DNA from: Gekko japonicus
Lineage: Eukaryota
Direction of reading: 5' to 3'
NCBI RefSeq assembly: GCF_001447785.1
Contig: NW_015159714.1
Coordinates: 1,373,594 to 1,437,593 of the forward strand
Length of the DNA stretch: 64,000 bases
Part shown: positions 61,867-64,000 of the stretch, piece after piece
Position numbering within the stretch: position 1 is the first letter of the stretch
How the letters are laid out: every line of letters begins with the position of its first letter
Notes under the pieces: model-generated
What the model saw: the letters and a program-made list of their open reading frames with translations, nothing else
Databases searched by the model: none
Told to the model about the DNA's origin: nothing
Position numbers and translations under genes: made by a program

Positions 61867-61916
61867 TAACAAAGTAATTGCTATCTGAATGTAACAAAGT
61901 AATTGCTATCTGAATG
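61867..61916. repeat. Perfect 25-bp tandem duplication
   Basis: (TAACAAAGTAATTGCTATCTGAATG)x2. Confidence 0.95.
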
Positions 61917-64000
61917 CTTGTTTAATTTTCGCTTGTCTTTGGGATTGCAGTGTGTGTAGCTGACTTCTGTTTGACAACGTCACAACCATTTTCACTGGTA
62001 AACTTATTTATTTAATGATGCAGTAAATTTAAGGCCATATAACTTCCCAGAGTTTGCAATGGTGATTGGAAACTCGGATGCAATGACCTTTTCTGTTCTG
62101 TCCCGGAATATTCTTTAGGAAGATGTATTGTTTGGTACCCTAGTTGTGTTTTCTCTGAAAGGTGTAAATGGTTTCTTGCAGAGCCCAGTTAATGGAACAG
62201 AGTTTGTGTCTTTAATTCCATGGGAGTTAATGGCTAAGATCCATGGTTAAACATTTTCTTTTGGTTAGGTGAACAAAGTAGACAGTGTCTTGAGCCAAGG
62301 TCAATGGTAAAGCAAGAGCTTGGAGGGTAGCCCTCGTTTTAAATTTATGTTTCTTGGCAAGTGTTTGTTTCTGTCAATTCATATTCCTTGCCCTACAGTA
62401 TATTGCTGTGTGCAGTTTTAGCCATTAAGAGCATTGAAGTGTATCCCTGAAAACTACAAATAGGCTTGCTTCTCCCCCTCCCCTTTTGTTTTCTTTTATA
62501 ATTTACAACGTTAGACGGGGAGGATGCCTTACTCCTATCAGTGAATAGAGCATAAATGCCGGCTTTAGAAAAGAAAGCATAAAGCTAATTGTTGATGGGT
62601 TACTGTTTCAGACCACCTACTCTGAGAGGGCTAGGATTTTGTTGTTTAATTGAAATGCCAGACAACTTTGAACTTTTTGAGGGGAAGAATTTCTGCCCGA
62701 TTAAATAGAAACCCAAAGAAGAAAGGCAGTATGCAAAGTTTCTGTAAAACACTGTGTTTGCATTTCTTTTTAAGTAGCTGTGTTCTGATTGCTTGCCATT
62801 TGACAAGCTGGAGTTAAGGGCATACTTCTGAATGATGCCGTTAAATCCTTTATAAGCTTTATCAGGAGCAGGTATAAAGAAAGCTCTGGTGAGATTAAAA
62901 CTTATTCCCTAAACAATGCAGAGTGAGCTGTTTTGTGCAAAAATGAGATGGTGAGTTATTTGCAGAAGATACTTGCATTTGAATTTCTATATCTATGATA
63001 GATGCGATCGATTGGATACTAAATTCTTCTGCATGTTATACAAGGAGGTGTTGTTCTTTTCCTATTGTGTACCAGGAGAAAAGAAGGAATGATCCATAAT
63101 TACAAGTAGCTACACTTCTGTTAGGTGACCAATCAAGCAGACAATTTATGAAAAGCTTTAGGAGCTTTACTTGAAAGCATCTGAAAAGTGCTTGAAGGCA
63201 GCAGTGACAAAGCCTGGTAGTGGAATTTGATTGTAGGAAGATAATCTAAAACTTTGGTGCCTTTGCAGTGCTAACCCTGGCTTCGCCCTAACCATACTGC
63301 AAGGGGGGGGGGACAACAACACTTTGTCTGCAAGGATGCGTGTTTTATTTAGTAGCGTGTATGTGTCATGTGTATCCCCTTCTCACCAAAATATGACATT
63401 TCACAGTTCCTTCTTATTTCTTCACTGCCATTTTGGATCAGAGTTGAACCCAGTGGGGGTGAGCTGGCAGTCAGGTAGCAGATGGAGCAAAAGACCTTGA
63501 AATTCTGGAGATCTGTTGCCTGTCACAGTAGGTAGTATTGACCTTGATAGACTAATAGTCTGACTCAGTAGAAGGCATCTTCATGGGTTCAAGTATTGTG
63601 CTGGTGAATTCAATCTAATAGAAGTGAAGTGGTGATTGATTTTTAACAGGTGCTGCAACAAGTTTTTTTCCAGTCCTGATCATTTTAACTCCCAATGCTA
63701 TTTTCATTTTCCTGATATGATTTGAGATATTCCCTTACTGCCAAGAATGCAACATCTGTGTCACAAACAATAGCACAAGAAATTGTCACTAAACTGAACC
63801 ATCTGCATATTTAAAATGTGTAGCGCCAGCTAGGAAGCTCTGCTATTTGCAGGTGGGGCTGAGAGTGTTATTCTCTGGACTGCCCTTAACAGGAAGCTCT
63901 TTATTGGCAGCCTTTACTATGGAGAGACTCATGAGCTTATTTCTCATTCTTTTCAGCAGGTGGTTGGAATCATTCTGCAGTTCATAAAAGGTGCGATCTT

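Overview
Vertebrate nuclear DNA, almost certainly a squamate and most likely a gecko (inferred from the SINE/MITE families). The assembly has four N-gaps (7288-7425, 8452-8506, 33201-33301, 45049-45583). The window holds the 5' part of PDZRN3 (LNX3/SEMCAP3, a RING-TRAF-PDZ E3 ubiquitin ligase) on the + strand: exon 1 CDS 6311-7030 in a CpG island, exon 2 25530-25616 and exon 3 30102-30209. The rest of the window is intron 3. Intron 1 carries a full-length, apparently intact, sense-oriented L1 (12932-18760) with ORF1, ORF2, a TT/AAAA target and a perfect 16-bp TSD. The L1 is followed by an exact 126-bp+polyA duplication and bracketed by two inverted hAT MITEs. The introns are rich in Sauria/Squam SINEs, CR1/L2/BovB fragments, hAT and Harbinger MITEs, and Penelope-like remnants with decayed hammerhead-ribozyme cores. 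The most unusual items are: a decayed SOX HMG-box fragment (61041-61210) between 11-bp direct repeats beside a ~550-bp polypurine tract; a candidate 15-nt microexon or alternative first exon at ~50100-50640; and the L1 3' duplication. I see no prokaryotic-type systems and no convincing wholly new multi-gene system. TE family names come from recalled similarity, not from database searches.
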